Positions 10,672 through 22,569 of a stretch of 64,000 nt of DNA are shown here, piece by piece. Position numbers and translations under genes: made by a program. The first letter of the stretch is position 1, and every line of letters begins with the position of its first letter. This DNA is from an uncultured Chloroflexia bacterium (GTDB lineage Bacteria; Chloroflexota; Anaerolineae; Anaerolineales; UBA11858). The notes beneath the pieces are model-generated. The model made no database searches. It was not told where the DNA came from and worked only from the letters and a program-made list of their open reading frames with translations. The stretch covers positions 292,563 to 356,562 of the forward strand of contig CAVVUX010000003.1 in assembly GCA_963751575.1 (NCBI GenBank). Direction: 5' to 3'.

Positions 10672-11376
10672 TCAGCTCCTTTTATCCTTGCGTTCCTGCC
10701 TGCGGCGGGCCCGGATCTCATCGTGCTGTAAACCTTTTTCTAATAAATATTCAGTCTTTCCCTGCAGAGCTTTGGTAGGACAAACACCCACGCAGTTGCC
10801 GCAAAAGACGCAGGTAGTGTCCGGCATCGGATTATCAAAGAATGTTGTGATCTTGCTGTCATGTCCCCTTCCTCCCAATCCCAAGGCATAGGTGAACATG
10901 ATGTCATCAGCGCAGGCTTGAACACAGCGCCAGCAAAGGATACATTGGCTGTAATCCCGGACATAAAATGGATTGTCATCCAGAACCTCGTGTTGGCGTT
11001 TTTTCGCCCCTGGAAACCGGTCTGGATCTGCCTGGTAGCGCTTCATCTGGTTCTGCAAAGCTGGTGAACGGGAAATATCGGCGCTGGCGTTGAGCATCTC
11101 CAGGATCGTTCGGCGGGAACGCACAACACGTTCGCTTTCTGTTTTCACAACCATATCCTCAGCCACGGGCGTGATGCAGGAAGGAGCTAATCTGCCCCAT
11201 CCATCGATTTCCACCACACATTGGCGGCATAATCCTTCGGCGGTAGTGGCATCATGGATGCAGATCACCGGAATGTTGATATCCAGGGACGCTGCTGCTT
11301 CCAGAACACTTGTACCTTCAGGTACCTGGCACTTTTTTCCATCAATTTCCAAGTTAATCATTTGTTTCTTAACCAT
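10672..11376 (-). CDS. FDH-associated Fe-S subunit (2Fe-2S plus 2x4Fe-4S, HoxU/NuoG N-terminus-like)
   Basis: IPVIC..GLCRQC..SC; CILCWRCVQAC; CVFCGNCVGVCP. Confidence 0.88.
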   Translation of the reverse strand: MVKKQMINLEIDGKKCQVPEGTSVLEAAASLDINIPVICIHDATTAEGLCRQCVVEIDGWGRLAPSCITPVAEDMVVKTESERVVRSRRTILEMLNASADISRSPALQNQMKRYQADPDRFPGAKKRQHEVLDDNPFYVRDYSQCILCWRCVQACADDIMFTYALGLGGRGHDSKITTFFDNPMPDTTCVFCGNCVGVCPTKALQGKTEYLLEKGLQHDEIRARRRQERKDKRS

Positions 11377-13099
11377 GTCTGCCTTCCTCAAGCCCGAAAT
11401 ATTCAGGGCAGATCTCAATTGCGCTTAATACTGCTGAACCCGCTGTCTGCCCCAAACCACACAAAGATGTGTCGGTCATGGTAGCAATAATATCCTCCAG
11501 CCGTTCGATATCACCCACCAGGGCCTGACCGCGCAAATTGCGATCCAGGATCTCTGCCTGCCGTTGAGTGCCCAGCTGGCAGGGATAACATTTGCCGCAG
11601 CTTTCATGGGCAAAAAAATGTCCCAGGCCATGAAGTACAAACTTCATGTCTACCTCTTCGTCAAAAACTACCACCGCTCCAGAACCCAGGGAGAGACCAG
11701 CTTCCTTAACTCCCTGATTTGTGAGAGTAACATCCAGATGGTCGGGGGCCACAAATTTTCCAGCGGCACCACCTAACAACACGGTCCGGAGTTCTTTGCC
11801 TCCCCTGATACCACCTGCTTTTTTATAGATCAGCTGCTCAAGTGTGATCGGTTCAGTTACTTCATAGATCCCGGGTTTTTCTACATCTCCCGAGATGCTG
11901 AACAAACGGGGACCAGTAGAACCGGAAGCCCCCATTTTTTTGTATTCATCAGCTCCAATCTTAGCTATCAAGGCCACATTGGCAAGGGTTTCGACATTGT
12001 TGATCACAGTGGGCTGATTAAACAAACCGTGAGTGGTTGGGAAAGGAGGTTTTACACGGGGAAATCCTCGTTTGCCTTCTATTGATTCAAACAGAGCGGT
12101 TTCTTCTCCACAGATATATGCTCCAGCACCACTGCGCAGTTCAATATCAAAATCAAATCCACTGCCAAGGATATTCTTTCCAAGGAAACCATCCTGGGCT
12201 GCTGTCTTCAGGGCCTGGAGAATCACCTGATGGGAGTGTGTGTATTCGCCCCTGATATAGAGGTAACCTTTGCCAGCACCAATTGCATAAGCAGCAATGA
12301 TCATGCCCTCGATGATTGTGAATGGATCTCCCTCGATCAAAGCTCGATCCTTAAAGGTGCCAGGTTCTGATTCATCTTCGTTGCAAACCAGATATTTTGG
12401 AAACCGGTCAACTTCAGCACAGCCGCTCCACTTTAAACCGGTCGGAAAACCTGCCCCTCCCCGACCAGTCAGTTCGGCATCTGTAATCATCTGGATCACC
12501 TGATCTTCAGGCATCGCTAAAACTTTACGAAGACCATCAAATCCGCCCGCTTTCTGGAATTCTGCGGTACTTAACGGGTCGATCTTTCCTACCCGTGCCA
12601 TCAGATGCAGGTCTTCCCCGTATATCGCTGATTGAGGATGTCCAACCGGATTGAAGATCGTTTCCAGGGTTGCTTCCCCAACCATGTCATCCCCTACCAA
12701 AACACCAGGAGCGTGATCACACAAACCGAGGCATTCCACTTCTTCTATAATATAGCGGCCATCTACGGTAGCTTCACCAACTCCAACTCCCAAATGCTGG
12801 CACAGCTCTGCAACCAGATCACCACTGCCCTGAGAGGCGCAGGATGGCGTGGTGCAAACACGGATGGAAGTTTCAGCCCGGGGTTCACTTGATAACATGG
12901 AATAAAATTCGATCACACCATAAAGGTCCGCCAGGGGAACATTTAGGGAATCACTGATTGCTTGCGCGGCTTCCCTGGGAATATAGTCATAAATCTGCTG
13001 GGTTTTCAGCAGTGCTGGAAGCAGCATAGTTCTGCCTCGCGAGCCGTTATCTTCCAGGTAATCAATTAATTGTGAGGAAAGAGAGAAATCACTTCCCAT
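11369..13099 (-). CDS. NuoE-NuoF fusion (HoxF-like NAD(P)H/FMN diaphorase subunit)
   Basis: CTTPSC..CLGLC 2Fe-2S motif; GRGGAGFPTG, EPGTFKDR, YICGEETAL, ESCGKCYPC. Confidence 0.9.
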   Translation of the reverse strand: MGSDFSLSSQLIDYLEDNGSRGRTMLLPALLKTQQIYDYIPREAAQAISDSLNVPLADLYGVIEFYSMLSSEPRAETSIRVCTTPSCASQGSGDLVAELCQHLGVGVGEATVDGRYIIEEVECLGLCDHAPGVLVGDDMVGEATLETIFNPVGHPQSAIYGEDLHLMARVGKIDPLSTAEFQKAGGFDGLRKVLAMPEDQVIQMITDAELTGRGGAGFPTGLKWSGCAEVDRFPKYLVCNEDESEPGTFKDRALIEGDPFTIIEGMIIAAYAIGAGKGYLYIRGEYTHSHQVILQALKTAAQDGFLGKNILGSGFDFDIELRSGAGAYICGEETALFESIEGKRGFPRVKPPFPTTHGLFNQPTVINNVETLANVALIAKIGADEYKKMGASGSTGPRLFSISGDVEKPGIYEVTEPITLEQLIYKKAGGIRGGKELRTVLLGGAAGKFVAPDHLDVTLTNQGVKEAGLSLGSGAVVVFDEEVDMKFVLHGLGHFFAHESCGKCYPCQLGTQRQAEILDRNLRGQALVGDIERLEDIIATMTDTSLCGLGQTAGSAVLSAIEICPEYFGLEEGRHG

Positions 13100-13302
13100 T
13101 GGATCTCCTTTAAGAATCTGGTAGAACACTGGCACATAAAATGATCTGGATCTGATGATAGAGAGATATGTGACAGATTATATCAAGAGCAGGGACACAT
13201 TTTTGAAAGTTTGGAAATATTCTAAGAAATTCATCATAATCTTATCTGGTTCAGAACACCAGATTATTAAAGGATCCAGGGGCCAATCAATTTTCATTGA
13301 TT

Positions 13303-13335
13303 AAAACAAAAAAGGCTGCCTTTTCAGCAGCCTTT
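13303..13335 (-). terminator. Intrinsic terminator after the S1-domain gene
   Basis: AAAGGCTGC/GCAGCCTTT stem with a T-tract on the minus strand. Confidence 0.65.
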
Positions 13336-13362
13336 CTGAATTTCTTTATAGCAATCAAGGGA

Positions 13363-14032
13363 TTATTTTTCCAGCTCAGAGATCATATCAGCCAGCTCAG
13401 TATTCTCGCTGTTCGATTCCATGGCTTTACGGATTGCCGCTTCAAAAGCAGTTGGGGTTTCTTCCCTTTTCTCATCTTCGTCATCCTTAAAGTTGATCGA
13501 GTCCAGGGGTGGATCCTCGAGTGCTTTCATGGATAATTTAATTTGCTTTTTCCGGCGGTTGACTTTGAGGACTTTGACATTCACCTCGTCACCTTTCTGG
13601 ACCATATCAGCTGGAGTTCGCACATAACCGTGAGCCATTTCACTGATATGAACCAATCCAGGCCGTTCAGCTTCAATATCCACAAAAACACCGTACTTTT
13701 CAATCCGGGTAACAGTACCCACCAGCTCCAGATCGGGACGGATCTCAGACCAATCCATACCCAGTGGTTCCAGCATGGTCAGCTCGATCTTTTTATTTTC
13801 AGCATCAGCCCGTTGAATCCAGACCTCTACTTCTTGACCTACTTTGAGCACATCCGCTACTCTGGTCACGGATCCTTTTTGGATCTTCGAAATATGAATT
13901 AAACCCGGTACACCGACACCGACATCAACAATCGCACCCGCCAGGGAAGTCTTTCAAGACCTTTCCCGCAACCTTCATTTTAGGTTCCAAGTCTTCAATT
14001 GTTTCAGGCGTCTTCAAATCTTCATTCGCCAT
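13363..14032 (-). CDS. Two-S1-domain RNA-binding protein; one extra base near 13953
   Basis: MANEDLK..KMKVAGKV then GAIVDVGVGVPGLIHIS and GVFVDIEAERPGLVHISEM; span is 3n+1. Confidence 0.85.
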
Positions 14033-14126
14033 AAAACACTCTCCAAATACACTTCTTTTTCAACAAGCGTCAATTATACCGTTCGTATCTGCCCTTGTCA
14101 AAGCATATCTGGGAATATTTGGTTTG

Positions 14127-17100
14127 TTAATAAGCTGTCAATCCGACCAGAACAGCAAGCAGTTTATTGACCCATTCCTGATCATTCAAATTCAAAGCGA
14201 GCCAAACTGAAGATTCACCAAAACGAACTTTAGTTTCAAATTCCCACGGCTGCGGCAGAGCTTTTCCTTCAGGATAGCCGAGGTTGATCTTGCCGGATTC
14301 GACAGTAATACTTTCCACTCCAGCACTTTCTGCGAGCAGCTTCAATTCCAACTGGATCAGGAGGTTCTGGACCGGTTCGGGTAAAGGACCAAAACGATCA
14401 ATAAATTCTCCCCTCAACTCCTCAATCTCACGGGGCTGCAGGATGGATGCTGCCCTTCGATAGAGGCTAAGCCGCACAGATCGATCTGGAATGTAATCAT
14501 CAGGGATGCCTACCGGCAGGGGAAGATCAATATTAACCAGCGGTCGTAAGATCTGGAATGGCAGCTGATCTTCACTGGCAGGACCCACGTGATCTTTTTT
14601 AAGACCTTGAACAGCATCAGCCAGCAGCCTGGTATAAAGATGAAAACCAACCGCGGCGATATACCCTGATTGGCGTGTTCCCAGGATATCTCCCGAGCCG
14701 CGAATTTCCAGATCCCTCATTGCTATCGAGTATCCTGAACCTAGATCTGTGTGCTCTGCAATAGTTTCCAGGCGAAGCCTGCCTTCGATCGTGGGTGTTC
14801 CACCTCTATCCTGGAAGAAATATGCATACGCTCGCTGGGCACCACGCCCGACCCTACCCCGCAGCTGATAAAGCTGGGAGAGGCCAAATATATCTGCCCG
14901 ATCGACGATCAGGGTATTGGCATTGGGTATATCGAGTCCGGATTCAATGATCGAGGTAGATAAAAGCACATCAAGTTCGCCCTGGGTGAACTGGTGCATG
15001 CGCTCCTCCAACTCTTTTTCAGGCATCTGTCCGTGAGCGATTCCAATCCTGGCCTCCGGGACAAGTCTGGTCAAGTGAGCCTTGACAGCCTCGATGGTTT
15101 TGACCCTGTTATGGACAAAGAAAACCTGGCCGCCGCGTTCCATTTCTCTCCAGATCGCCTTCTGGATTAATTCCGGATCATAACTGCTGACATGGGTGAC
15201 CACCGGCAAACGCTCCTCGGGGGGAGTATTAATTCGAGATATATCCCGCACTCCAGTAAGAGCCATATACATAGTGCGGGGAATTGGAGTCGCTGTTAAT
15301 GTCAATACATCTATATCTGCTCGTTTGGATTTGATCTGTTCCTTATGAGACACACCAAAGCGCTGTTCTTCATCTACGATCATCAATCCCAGGTCATGAA
15401 AGATCACATCCCGTGAGAGCAACCGGTGAGTACCGATCACGATATCCACCGAGCCTTTGATCAAACCTGAAAGAATGGCGGATTGCTGCTTCGGGGTCCG
15501 GTAGCGGGAAAGCATCCGCACTTCCACGGGGAAACCGCCCATCCGCTCCTGAAAAGTATCAAAATGCTGTTGGGCAAGAATAGTCGTAGGCACAAGGACG
15601 GCGACTTGTTTTCCATCCATGACTGCTTTAAAGGCTGCCCTGACAGCGATCTCTGTCTTGCCGTAGCCAACGTCTCCGCAGATCAGACGGTCCATAGGTT
15701 TGGCCTGTTCCATATCGGCTTTGACCTGGGAGATTACATGAAGCTGATCGTCTGTTTCAATATAGGGAAAACTGGCTTCCAATTCTTGCTGCCAGGCTGT
15801 ATCTGCCTTAAAGGCAAACCCACTTACTGTTTGCCTGCGCGCATATAGATCCAGCAGGTCCTGAGCTACCTGGACAACTTCTTTTTTAACCCGATCCTTG
15901 GTTGATCCCCAATGGCCGCCGCCTAGACGGCTGACCGTGGGATCATGATGGTCTGGACCTACATATCGAGTAAGCCTATCCGCCTGGGCCACTGGCACGT
16001 AAAGATAATCACCCTCTGCATATTCCACTGCGAGGTATTCACCTTCGGTGCCTTCCAATTCCCGCAGGGCCAGCCCGGCGTAGCGGCCTATCCCGTGGTC
16101 CATATGGACCACCCAGTCATCCTGCTCAAAATCGCTGTAATTAATCTCAGGGGCCTGGGCCCGGTGCACCGGCCGGCGGCGGGGTTGAATTCGACGCCAG
16201 CCAAAAACCTCTCCATCACTGAATAAATGGAGTGGATTTTCATCATCTGAGGTTAAAACCCAACCTCCATCCAGACTTCCTTTAATGTAGGTTGGTTTCG
16301 TTTCAAGTTGAGAACGCTCGCTCCAGATTTCTTCCAGCCGGGCAGACTGGCGTGAGATAACAACCACCCCGGCATCATTTAGGAGCAGATCTTCGAGGTG
16401 ATTGGTGAATAACTTCAGTTCACCGGCAAACCGTTCATTGGGAGTGAAGTATGCGCCTAATCCGGCAGCAGACTCTTCTCCCGCTCGATTTTGAAGGCCG
16501 GTTGGCCCAAGGCTAATGGTAGAAAATTCAGCCAAAGCCAAAGCAAGATCTTTCCAAACAAGATACGGAGCTGGAAAGTCTGCCGGGATCAACAGATTCT
16601 TCTGGTAACCTGTTCTCAGAGATTCAGCCTGGATGTGGATTTCCTGGGCTGTATCACGGATTAAATCCTCATTATCCAGGAAGATCAGAGTATTGCTGGG
16701 TAGATAAGAGAGCAAAGTCGCTTCTTCTGAGTGTAATGATCCCAGATGATATTCAGTCTTCGCGATCCCTGTATTTTCTTCCAACAGGTCCAGAGGGAGC
16801 AGGAACTCCCGGGCAGGAGTAAGCTGGATCTGCTGAATCTTCTCAATCGTGCGCTGGTTCTCTGGATCAAAGCGCCTCAACATTTCGATCTCATCACCCA
16901 AGAACTCCAGCCGGGCCGGGAAACGGTCACCAGGAGGCCAGACATCAAGAATCCCGCCCCGCCGGGCAAAACCTCCCGGTGAAGTAACGATCGGGGTCGA
17001 TTCATATCCTGCTCTGATCCATTCTGCAGCCAACATGTATGGAGAATACTTCTCTCCAACTTTTATTCGACGGGAAGCTTTCAAAAATTCCCGCCGAGGT

Positions 17101-17516
17101 AGAGTACGCGTCATTACTGCCCGGATCGGGGCAATGATCAGTGGAGGAAGCTGATCCGGCAGGTTACCCGGGACCATCCCGGCTGCCAGCTGCGAAAGGA
17201 TCAGCAAGCGATCACGCCTTGTTTTTCGGGTCCAGGCCACTCTTTCATAAAATAGGGGATCTGGCTCTGGAAAAAAAGAGAACCCGGACTCGGGATGCCA
17301 GAATTGCCATTCATCTTCCAGCACAAGGGCGCGATCCGTCTTATCGGTTATCAGCAGGATCGGCTGGTTGAGAGTCTGTCTGAGTCCAGCCAGGACAGGC
17401 GGCCGCACAGCCCGGGGTAACCCGGAATAGATTGATTTAGTGCCGGAGCGAATCTCCGCTGCCAGTTCCTGAAAAGCCGGCAAGCGGGTAATAAGTTGGA
17501 GGATCTCTGCCTGCAT
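14127..17516 (-). CDS. mfd: Transcription-repair coupling factor
   Basis: [11 protein letters not shown] CarD domain, [30 protein letters not shown]-terminus. Confidence 0.97.
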   Translation of the reverse strand: MQAEILQLITRLPAFQELAAEIRSGTKSIYSGLPRAVRPPVLAGLRQTLNQPILLITDKTDRALVLEDEWQFWHPESGFSFFPEPDPLFYERVAWTRKTRRDRLLILSQLAAGMVPGNLPDQLPPLIIAPIRAVMTRTLPRREFLKASRRIKVGEKYSPYMLAAEWIRAGYESTPIVTSPGGFARRGGILDVWPPGDRFPARLEFLGDEIEMLRRFDPENQRTIEKIQQIQLTPAREFLLPLDLLEENTGIAKTEYHLGSLHSEEATLLSYLPSNTLIFLDNEDLIRDTAQEIHIQAESLRTGYQKNLLIPADFPAPYLVWKDLALALAEFSTISLGPTGLQNRAGEESAAGLGAYFTPNERFAGELKLFTNHLEDLLLNDAGVVVISRQSARLEEIWSERSQLETKPTYIKGSLDGGWVLTSDDENPLHLFSDGEVFGWRRIQPRRRPVHRAQAPEINYSDFEQDDWVVHMDHGIGRYAGLALRELEGTEGEYLAVEYAEGDYLYVPVAQADRLTRYVGPDHHDPTVSRLGGGHWGSTKDRVKKEVVQVAQDLLDLYARRQTVSGFAFKADTAWQQELEASFPYIETDDQLHVISQVKADMEQAKPMDRLICGDVGYGKTEIAVRAAFKAVMDGKQVAVLVPTTILAQQHFDTFQERMGGFPVEVRMLSRYRTPKQQSAILSGLIKGSVDIVIGTHRLLSRDVIFHDLGLMIVDEEQRFGVSHKEQIKSKRADIDVLTLTATPIPRTMYMALTGVRDISRINTPPEERLPVVTHVSSYDPELIQKAIWREMERGGQVFFVHNRVKTIEAVKAHLTRLVPEARIGIAHGQMPEKELEERMHQFTQGELDVLLSTSIIESGLDIPNANTLIVDRADIFGLSQLYQLRGRVGRGAQRAYAYFFQDRGGTPTIEGRLRLETIAEHTDLGSGYSIAMRDLEIRGSGDILGTRQSGYIAAVGFHLYTRLLADAVQGLKKDHVGPASEDQLPFQILRPLVNIDLPLPVGIPDDYIPDRSVRLSLYRRAASILQPREIEELRGEFIDRFGPLPEPVQNLLIQLELKLLAESAGVESITVESGKINLGYPEGKALPQPWEFETKVRFGESSVWLALNLNDQEWVNKLLAVLVGLTAY

Positions 17517-17520
17517 AGGA

Positions 17521-18114
17521 TTATTTGGATTGATTCTGGTTATAAATGGTCATGGCCTGATCGAGGCCTTGATCGATGAAGCACAGCACAGCATCGGAAG
17601 CAGTATCCAGCACAAATGGCAAAACCTGTTGTTCGGCTGCGGAAAAATTTTGGAGGACATAATCACTGACTTCCATCCTCCCTGGTGGACGGTCAATGCC
17701 AACTCGCAAGCGTGGAAATGATTTTGTTCCCAACTGCTTAATGATCGATCTTACTCCTCTCTGGCCAGCATCCCCGCCATCTGGCCTTAACCTTACATTC
17801 TCGAAGGGCAGATCGACATCATCATAGATCACCAGCACATTTTTAAGGGGAAGTTTATAAAAACGGATGAAGGATGAAATTGCCTGACCGGAGAGGTTCA
17901 TGTATGACTGGGGTTTGATCAGGATCAGGCGTTGATCATGATACCGAACTGCAGTCATCAAAGCGTTCATTTTCACTTTCTGGAACGAGGTTTCCAGCTT
18001 CTCAGCCAGCTTGTCCACGACCATAAATCCAACATTATGCCGGTTAGCGGCGTATTCCCGGCCAGGATTTCCCAGCCCCGCGATCAAATAGGGGGTTGAT
18101 TTTTTGAAGATCAT
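17521..18114 (-). CDS. pth: Peptidyl-tRNA hydrolase
   Basis: GLGNPG..Y..NRHNVGF, KPQSYMNLSG, RLRVGI. Confidence 0.95.
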   Translation of the reverse strand: MIFKKSTPYLIAGLGNPGREYAANRHNVGFMVVDKLAEKLETSFQKVKMNALMTAVRYHDQRLILIKPQSYMNLSGQAISSFIRFYKLPLKNVLVIYDDVDLPFENVRLRPDGGDAGQRGVRSIIKQLGTKSFPRLRVGIDRPPGRMEVSDYVLQNFSAAEQQVLPFVLDTASDAVLCFIDQGLDQAMTIYNQNQSK

Positions 18115-18115
18115 T

Positions 18116-18778
18116 TTATTTATCAGGACGATATTTAATAAACCAGTAAATACCCCCGGTTAAAAAGACCAGGGCTACAAAAATACCACTGCCAAGCAGT
18201 GCTCGGGCGAAGCCATCCGATTTTATCACAACTGGATTGACCGGCAGAGCCGAGGGAGTATTTACCAGAATATCTTCTGTGCTAGTTTCTGGGGAGGTTG
18301 TAGGAGATTGACCAGGCGACCCATTCTCAGCTGCTGTCACAGGAGTGGAGGTTTCCACCGGACTGTAATTGCGGATCCTCAAGTTTGGGATCAATTCAAA
18401 AATTGCCCCGGCGTTCTGGTACTCAGCCACGACGCGAACATCATAGTCCCCATCAGTAATTTGGGTAGTATCCCAATTTACTATAAAATTTGCCTGGGAG
18501 CTGTCAGAGGACTCAGGGACAATATCTGCGATGAAGAACCAGGTGGGATCCTTAGATCCAGAATAGCTGAACGAGATCTTTCCCCCACTAAAGCCTTCTC
18601 CCCGGATCTTTCCCTCAATTGTTACAATTCCTTGCAGAGGCAGACCCTGGCGAGGACTCTGAATCAAGATTGAGGGAGCAATCGTCGCTTGAGCCGGGGG
18701 CGCGGATTGTGCGTTTTTAACTCCACTCAAGATGAAGAGAACGATGATAAACAGGGAAATCCAGCCAATTTTTCTCAC
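18116..18778 (-). CDS. Exported protein with Ig-like domain, S/T/P linker and C-terminal membrane anchor
   Basis: Signal peptide, WDTTQITDGDY motif, C-terminal TM helix. Confidence 0.65.
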   Translation of the reverse strand: MRKIGWISLFIIVLFILSGVKNAQSAPPAQATIAPSILIQSPRQGLPLQGIVTIEGKIRGEGFSGGKISFSYSGSKDPTWFFIADIVPESSDSSQANFIVNWDTTQITDGDYDVRVVAEYQNAGAIFELIPNLRIRNYSPVETSTPVTAAENGSPGQSPTTSPETSTEDILVNTPSALPVNPVVIKSDGFARALLGSGIFVALVFLTGGIYWFIKYRPDK

Positions 18779-18893
18779 AGAATTTATTTTACTCTATTTG
18801 GTATTCTCAGTGCCAGCCGTCGACCCTTTGTTTTAAATCTGACTCCTGTGCCCTTCCCATTTTTCAAGGTACAATTTTTAGGATCAGCACAAA

Positions 18894-20934
18894 GTGGAGT
18901 ATCGGCGATCCAAATCTAGGGATGACACGGGAGACACTGGAATGACTAAATCCGGATTTGAGCTGCAGTTCGAAAAAAATCCCTGGCAGTGTTTGATCAT
19001 CAGGAAAGGTGAGATCATATTTCAGTTGATGACTGATTATCAATTGATCTCGGAATCCATCCAGGGGGAAACCTACCATTTCCAATTCAATCAGCAAAGT
19101 CTCCAGCTGACTGTCAAGAAGTCGGTAATTTCATTTGAATGGGAGGGGCAGAATCTCAGCAATCAGATCCATTTAACTGGTTATTGGTACGGTGGTGGAG
19201 AGCTGATCAATCAGCCGCTGACCTGGAACGAAACCATGTTCCCCATGACCGAATTCTTCACCAGTGATAATGGACTGACCGGATTGTCAACAGTTCTCTC
19301 CCCAATCTGGCTCAGTAGTCTGGGGATAGGATTGATCGTCAACAGCCCCTTCTCGATTGGGATCAATCAACCACCTGAAAAATACCTTAATCGGCAGCAT
19401 GGCTTTTCGCCGGATCTGATCCCATTTAAGGATCGCCCGTTCCGTGATTTAAAGGGAGAAGGTGACAGGATGATCAGTCTGGTTGCCGACGACCTTGAGT
19501 TCGAGATCCTGATCGAAGACGATATTGTCAGCTGCCATCGAGCGCTGGTAAAAAAAATCGGGGTCCCGAAAAAAACCCCGCCCCTGGAATTGATGGGAGC
19601 ACCAATCTGGACCACCTGGGCCCGCTACAAGGACAAGATTGACCAGGACTCAGTTCTCGAGTTTGCCCGAGAGATCCAAACGAACAGTTATCCATATCAC
19701 GTGCTGGAGATTGATGACCGCTGGCAGACTCAATACGGCGACCTGGAATTCGATCCAGTTAAATTTCCTGACCCCAAAGAAATGATCCGGCAGCTGCATG
19801 AGATGGGTTTTAAGGTAACTGTCTGGGTTGTGCCTTTTTTCCATCCCCAATCTGCTGCCGGCAAGGAAGCTGCTCAAAAAGGCTACCTGGTAAAAATTCA
19901 AACCGGAGAGCCCTATCATGTCAAGTGGTGGCAGGGTTGGGGGTTTCTGCTCGATGTCACCAACCCGGATGCCCTGGCCTGGTATAAAAACAGGCTGGAT
20001 TCGTTCAAGGAAGAATTGGATCTGGATGGCTATAAATTTGATGCCGGGGAAGCCAAGTATTGCCCGAAAGAGGGAATCCTCAGTGAATCTCTGGATTCTC
20101 AGAATGACTATACCCGTCTCTATGTGAAATGGATTTCGGAAAACTTTTCCTTCTCTGAGGTGCGCTCAGGTTGGATGAACCAGACTGCCCCGATCTACTT
20201 CCGGTTGTGGGATCTGTGGAGTGTCTGGGGTTATGACAATGGTTTAAGATCGATAATTCCCTCCATGCTGGCCATGTCACTCACCGGATATCCTTTTGTG
20301 TTCCCTGACATGATTGGCGGAAATGCATATTTCACATTCCCGAAGAATCGAGTTATGAACTGGATCTTGCAGAAGATCGTCATTCCCCTCATGGAAAGAA
20401 GTGTTAAAAACAAATCGGAATATCCAGAGGAGGAAACCCTGAGCATGGGTGACGTGCCGGCCTGGATCGAAAAATCCACCCATTTTGGCTACCCTACGCC
20501 AGAATTGATGGTGCGCTGGGCCCAGGCCAATGTTTTCCTGGGAGTGATGCAGTTCAGCCTGGCCCCCTGGGATTTTGGAGAGCAATGCAACCAGTACTGC
20601 AGGGAAGCTGCCGAACTGCACCTGGATTATCTGCCAACTCTGCACAAATATGCCCGCCAGGCCCTTGATTAATGGAGAGCCGATCATACGACCTGTATTT
20701 TGGCTGGCACCCAATGATGAGGAAGCCCTCATATGTGGCGACCAGTTCCTGGTGGGGGATGAGATCCTGGTGGCACCCATCCTGCATTCCAAACAGATCA
20801 GCAGGAAGATCTATTTTCCCCCCGGGGTCTGGCAGGATCCAGGATCGGGAGAATCTTTCACAGGTCCTCAAAATCTTGAAAATTATCCAGCTCCACTCAG
20901 TAAACTTCCCTTTTTTATTCGTCAAACAGGATAA
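18894..20934 (+). CDS. Glycoside hydrolase family 31 (MYORG/NET37-like); one extra base near 20670
   Basis: PIWTTW, EIDDRW, KFDAGE nucleophile, PDMIGGN acid/base. The C-terminal PIIRP..DQFLVG..LVAPI is in the shifted frame. Confidence 0.88.
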
Positions 20935-20983
20935 ATTCAGATAGATAGAAATAAACTGCTAATCAATTACCCTAAGAAAAGGA

Positions 20984-22330
20984 ATGGACATGGCTGAGGA
21001 TACGGGAAACGCACTTTCATCAGAAAAAACCGTGCAGACTGAAAAAAGCCGCTGGCGGACCATGATCGCCTTAGCTTTTGGGTATTTTGTAGACCAGGGA
21101 GAAGCTCAGGCCATGTCGGTTTTATTCCCGACATTGAGGGCTCTCTGGGGTTTAAGTTTTGCGGATCTGGGCCTGGTTGGTACCATACGGAATTTACTCC
21201 AATCGGTGAGTGCTCCATTCTGGGGATTCATCGCCGATAAATTTCCCCGCAAGAATGTGATCGTTTTTGGCACCGGTGTGTGGGGGATCTGGACCCTCGG
21301 TGTAGGATTCACCCAAACATTTGGCCAACTGCTGTGGATCAGGGCCATTTCAGGCATCGGTCTGGGATGCCTGATGCCGGCTACTTTTTCTTTGATGTCA
21401 GATACTTTTCCCCCCCATAAAAGAGGTCGGGCTTTGGGACTGATGGAAGGTATCGGCACCCTGGGGATCGTGGTCAGTGTGGTGGGTCTGGGTTTCCTGG
21501 CGTCTCCCGACCTATGGCGCTGGGGATTCATTTTGCTGGGAGCGTTCAGTATGCTCTCGGGTCTGGTGATCTGGTTTTTGGTAGAGGAACCAGTCAGGGG
21601 AGCAGCAGAACCGGAATTAGAAGGCAAAATCACGGCTGAGATCGCCTCCCAGTACAAGGTAAAAGCCAGGGATATGCTCGATGTCTTAAAAATACCTACG
21701 ATCTGGGTCGCGATTGGCCAGGGGTTGACAGGATCGATGCCTTGGGTGGTGATGGGATTATTTTTCATCACCTGGATGGTCGAAACCCTGGGTGTTACTG
21801 AGGATCAGGCTGGAATCGCCTTTGCAAGCATTGTCATCGGGGTAGGTCTGAGCAATATTATTGGTGGATTCCTGGGAGATTGGGCTGAATCGATCAATCC
21901 CAAATACGGCCGGACAATGGTCGGTCAATTCTCAGTCTTCAGCGGCGTTCCGTTGACCTGGATCCTGTTTTCCCAGACAGAGAGTTGGTCATTAACCGCG
22001 ATCGTGGGGCTGTGCTTTTTTACTGCCCTGCTGATCGGCTGGTCCGGCAAGGGAGCCAAGGAACCCATGATGCAAGGAGCAGTACCTCCAGAATTGAGGT
22101 CAACAGCGTTTGCGATGACAACATTCATTGAAAGCGGGTTTGCTGCCCTGGTTGCATTTTTTGCCGGGACCCTAGCAGACAGGATTGGCCTGACTCAGGC
22201 AATGATCTGGACCATTCCAGTTCCCTGGATCTTGTGCGGCCTGATCTACAGCCTGTTCTACTGGGCCTATCCCAGGGATTCAAAACTGCTGCGAGCTCAG
22301 ATGGCTGAACGAGCAAAGGAAATTGGCTAG
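20984..22330 (+). CDS. MFS transporter
   Basis: About 12 hydrophobic helices, GFIADKFPRK motif A. Confidence 0.88.
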   Translation: MDMAEDTGNALSSEKTVQTEKSRWRTMIALAFGYFVDQGEAQAMSVLFPTLRALWGLSFADLGLVGTIRNLLQSVSAPFWGFIADKFPRKNVIVFGTGVWGIWTLGVGFTQTFGQLLWIRAISGIGLGCLMPATFSLMSDTFPPHKRGRALGLMEGIGTLGIVVSVVGLGFLASPDLWRWGFILLGAFSMLSGLVIWFLVEEPVRGAAEPELEGKITAEIASQYKVKARDMLDVLKIPTIWVAIGQGLTGSMPWVVMGLFFITWMVETLGVTEDQAGIAFASIVIGVGLSNIIGGFLGDWAESINPKYGRTMVGQFSVFSGVPLTWILFSQTESWSLTAIVGLCFFTALLIGWSGKGAKEPMMQGAVPPELRSTAFAMTTFIESGFAALVAFFAGTLADRIGLTQAMIWTIPVPWILCGLIYSLFYWAYPRDSKLLRAQMAERAKEIG

Positions 22331-22560
22331 ATAGAATCTGGAGGCGATTTCTGAAATAGTTCTGATATTAACAGGGTGGTCTGCGTGTAATAAGTTCCAT
22401 CGGCTTCGCTCAGGACAGGAAGCTCGACCACCTCCCGGTACTGACATTGCGATCCAGCGATAGTTAGCTCGGCGATCTCCCACTTCTTCGAGATCCATTC
22501 GTCGGGTATTTTAAAATCGTACTCAGGATAAACCTCAAATACAAACAACCCAATCTTCAT
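22327..22560 (-). CDS. Small hypothetical protein
   Basis: 77-aa ORF co-oriented with the upstream minus-strand run. Confidence 0.4.
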   Translation of the reverse strand: MKIGLFVFEVYPEYDFKIPDEWISKKWEIAELTIAGSQCQYREVVELPVLSEADGTYYTQTTLLISELFQKSPPDSI

Positions 22561-22569
22561 TTCAACTTG

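Noticed and set aside
20660-20680. Stop-codon readthrough in GH31
   Set aside because: The stop is TAA and the continuation is in another frame, so this is a 1-nt insertion.
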